Positions 38,381 to 39,094 of a DNA stretch of 39,094 bases are shown in pieces. The notes beneath the pieces were generated by a model, which was not told the origin of the DNA, did not search any database, and saw only the letters and a program-made list of their open reading frames with translations. The stretch's first letter is position 1. Each line of letters starts with the position of its first letter. A program made the position numbers and the translations under genes. The stretch comes from an uncultured Candidatus Saccharibacteria bacterium (GTDB lineage Bacteria > Patescibacteriota > Minisyncoccia > Phycocordibacterales > UBA5272), in the NCBI GenBank assembly GCA_964654175.1, contig CAZZGJ010000002.1, positions 1-39,094 on the forward strand, given 5' to 3'.

Positions 38381-38820
38381 TCGAAGCAACAGAAAATATA
38401 AAAGCAGTCGCTGAATTAATGCGAACACAGGACAATCGTTCTACTAGCTATCCACTTTTTATCGTGGTAGAGAGTAAGAAGATCTATTGTGACTGTGGGG
38501 AAGACGGCAGAGAGCGAAAAGACTCAGACAGCTACATTAATGAGGATTTATGCGATGACTGCCAAGCGTTGGTGGCAGCAGATGAAGAACTGCCTGATGA
38601 GTGTGAAAACTGGCAATGTTCCGACACTTTCATCAAATATCGTATAGAAAAGCAAGTGCCAAATTTGAGAGCAGGCTTCTTTTTTACCGCAGCATCCTGT
38701 GACGAACATATCCGTATGCAACGTCATCACTACAATGAAACGGCTCAAAGTTACGCAATTTCAGCTTGTTACAATTGGGAACTGAAAGAGGTAATGGATT
38801 GGTTAAAGGAAATTGAATAG
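38377..38820 (+). CDS. Cys-rich hypothetical protein (147 aa)
   Basis: ATGA overlap with the previous gene. Several Cys pairs: CDCG, CDDC, CENWQC. Confidence 0.65.
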   Translation: MIEATENIKAVAELMRTQDNRSTSYPLFIVVESKKIYCDCGEDGRERKDSDSYINEDLCDDCQALVAADEELPDECENWQCSDTFIKYRIEKQVPNLRAGFFFTAASCDEHIRMQRHHYNETAQSYAISACYNWELKEVMDWLKEIE

Positions 38821-38821
38821 T

Positions 38822-39094
38822 ATGAACACTTTTACTCTAAAACTACCGAAAGACTATTCCGAAGCTCTTTCACGCCGTCACCACGGAAGGGACCTGTCAC
38901 CTGAGAGGGTAGCTGATCTGACAGAACGAATGGAAATGTTTTACGCCGATTGGAAGAAAGCTGTAGCGAAACTAGATAAATTGGATGAATTTTGGGACAG
39001 AGAAAATGTAGAGGCTCATTTCAAACGTCCAAAGTGGTACAACGCCCATGCTCGATTGAAAAAGTACGAGAAAGAGAGGAAGGATGCGCACCGA
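38822..39094 (+). CDS. hypothetical protein, 5' part (runs off the window end)
   Basis: ATG at 38822, 1 nt after the previous stop. The frame stays open for 91 codons to the last base. Confidence 0.55.
   Translation, partial: MNTFTLKLPKDYSEALSRRHHGRDLSPERVADLTERMEMFYADWKKAVAKLDKLDEFWDRENVEAHFKRPKWYNAHARLKKYEKERKDAHR

Noticed and set aside
1-39094. Alternative genetic code (TGA or TAG reassignment), as seen in some phages.
   Set aside because: TAA, TAG and TGA all end well-delimited ORFs that abut the next start codon. Recognisable proteins (GroEL, terminase, HD hydrolase) are full length under the standard code.

Overview
The window reads as a near-complete (~39 kb) genome of a tailed dsDNA phage. 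It is almost entirely on the + strand, with genes packed by ATGA or few-nt overlaps.

Gene order:
- 1-5.7 kb: about 20 small genes of unknown function.
- 5.7-7.5 kb: phage-encoded GroES and GroEL, with GroEL overlapping the large terminase.
- 7.5-27.2 kb: terminase, portal, scaffold, capsid, fibre/tail and internal-virion genes.
- 27.2-39 kb: a promoter-dense accessory/early region. It holds an HD (p)ppGpp-hydrolase, a minus-strand HNH island whose genes carry Shine-Dalgarno (SD) sites, Zn-finger miniproteins and a half-size DnaN-like protein. It also holds a lysis cluster (papain-like peptidase, holin-like protein, Cys/His amidase, membrane-anchored transglycosylase), a PD-(D/E)XK exonuclease, and SSB-like, replisome-organiser-like and NinG-like genes.

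Most notable finding: the last large virion gene (24120..26990) fuses an N-terminal lytic-transglycosylase domain to a C-terminal RelA/SpoT-type synthetase (toxSAS-like) domain. After one 57-aa ORF comes a stand-alone HD alarmone hydrolase on its own sigma70-type, apparently leaderless promoter. I read this as a candidate virion-delivered alarmone/toxSAS effector with a phage-encoded antidote.

Other recurring signals:
- A 16-bp palindrome (TATACC-N4-GGTATA) sits in the spacer of TTGACA/TATAAT-type promoters at least 6 times, only in the 27-37 kb region.
- A second motif, AAGTGAT(A/G)TA, precedes the packaging, portal and lysis modules.
- Most genes lack an SD site.

I saw no tRNA, rRNA, CRISPR array, integrase or DNA polymerase. 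All calls come from reading motifs by eye; no database search or computation was run.
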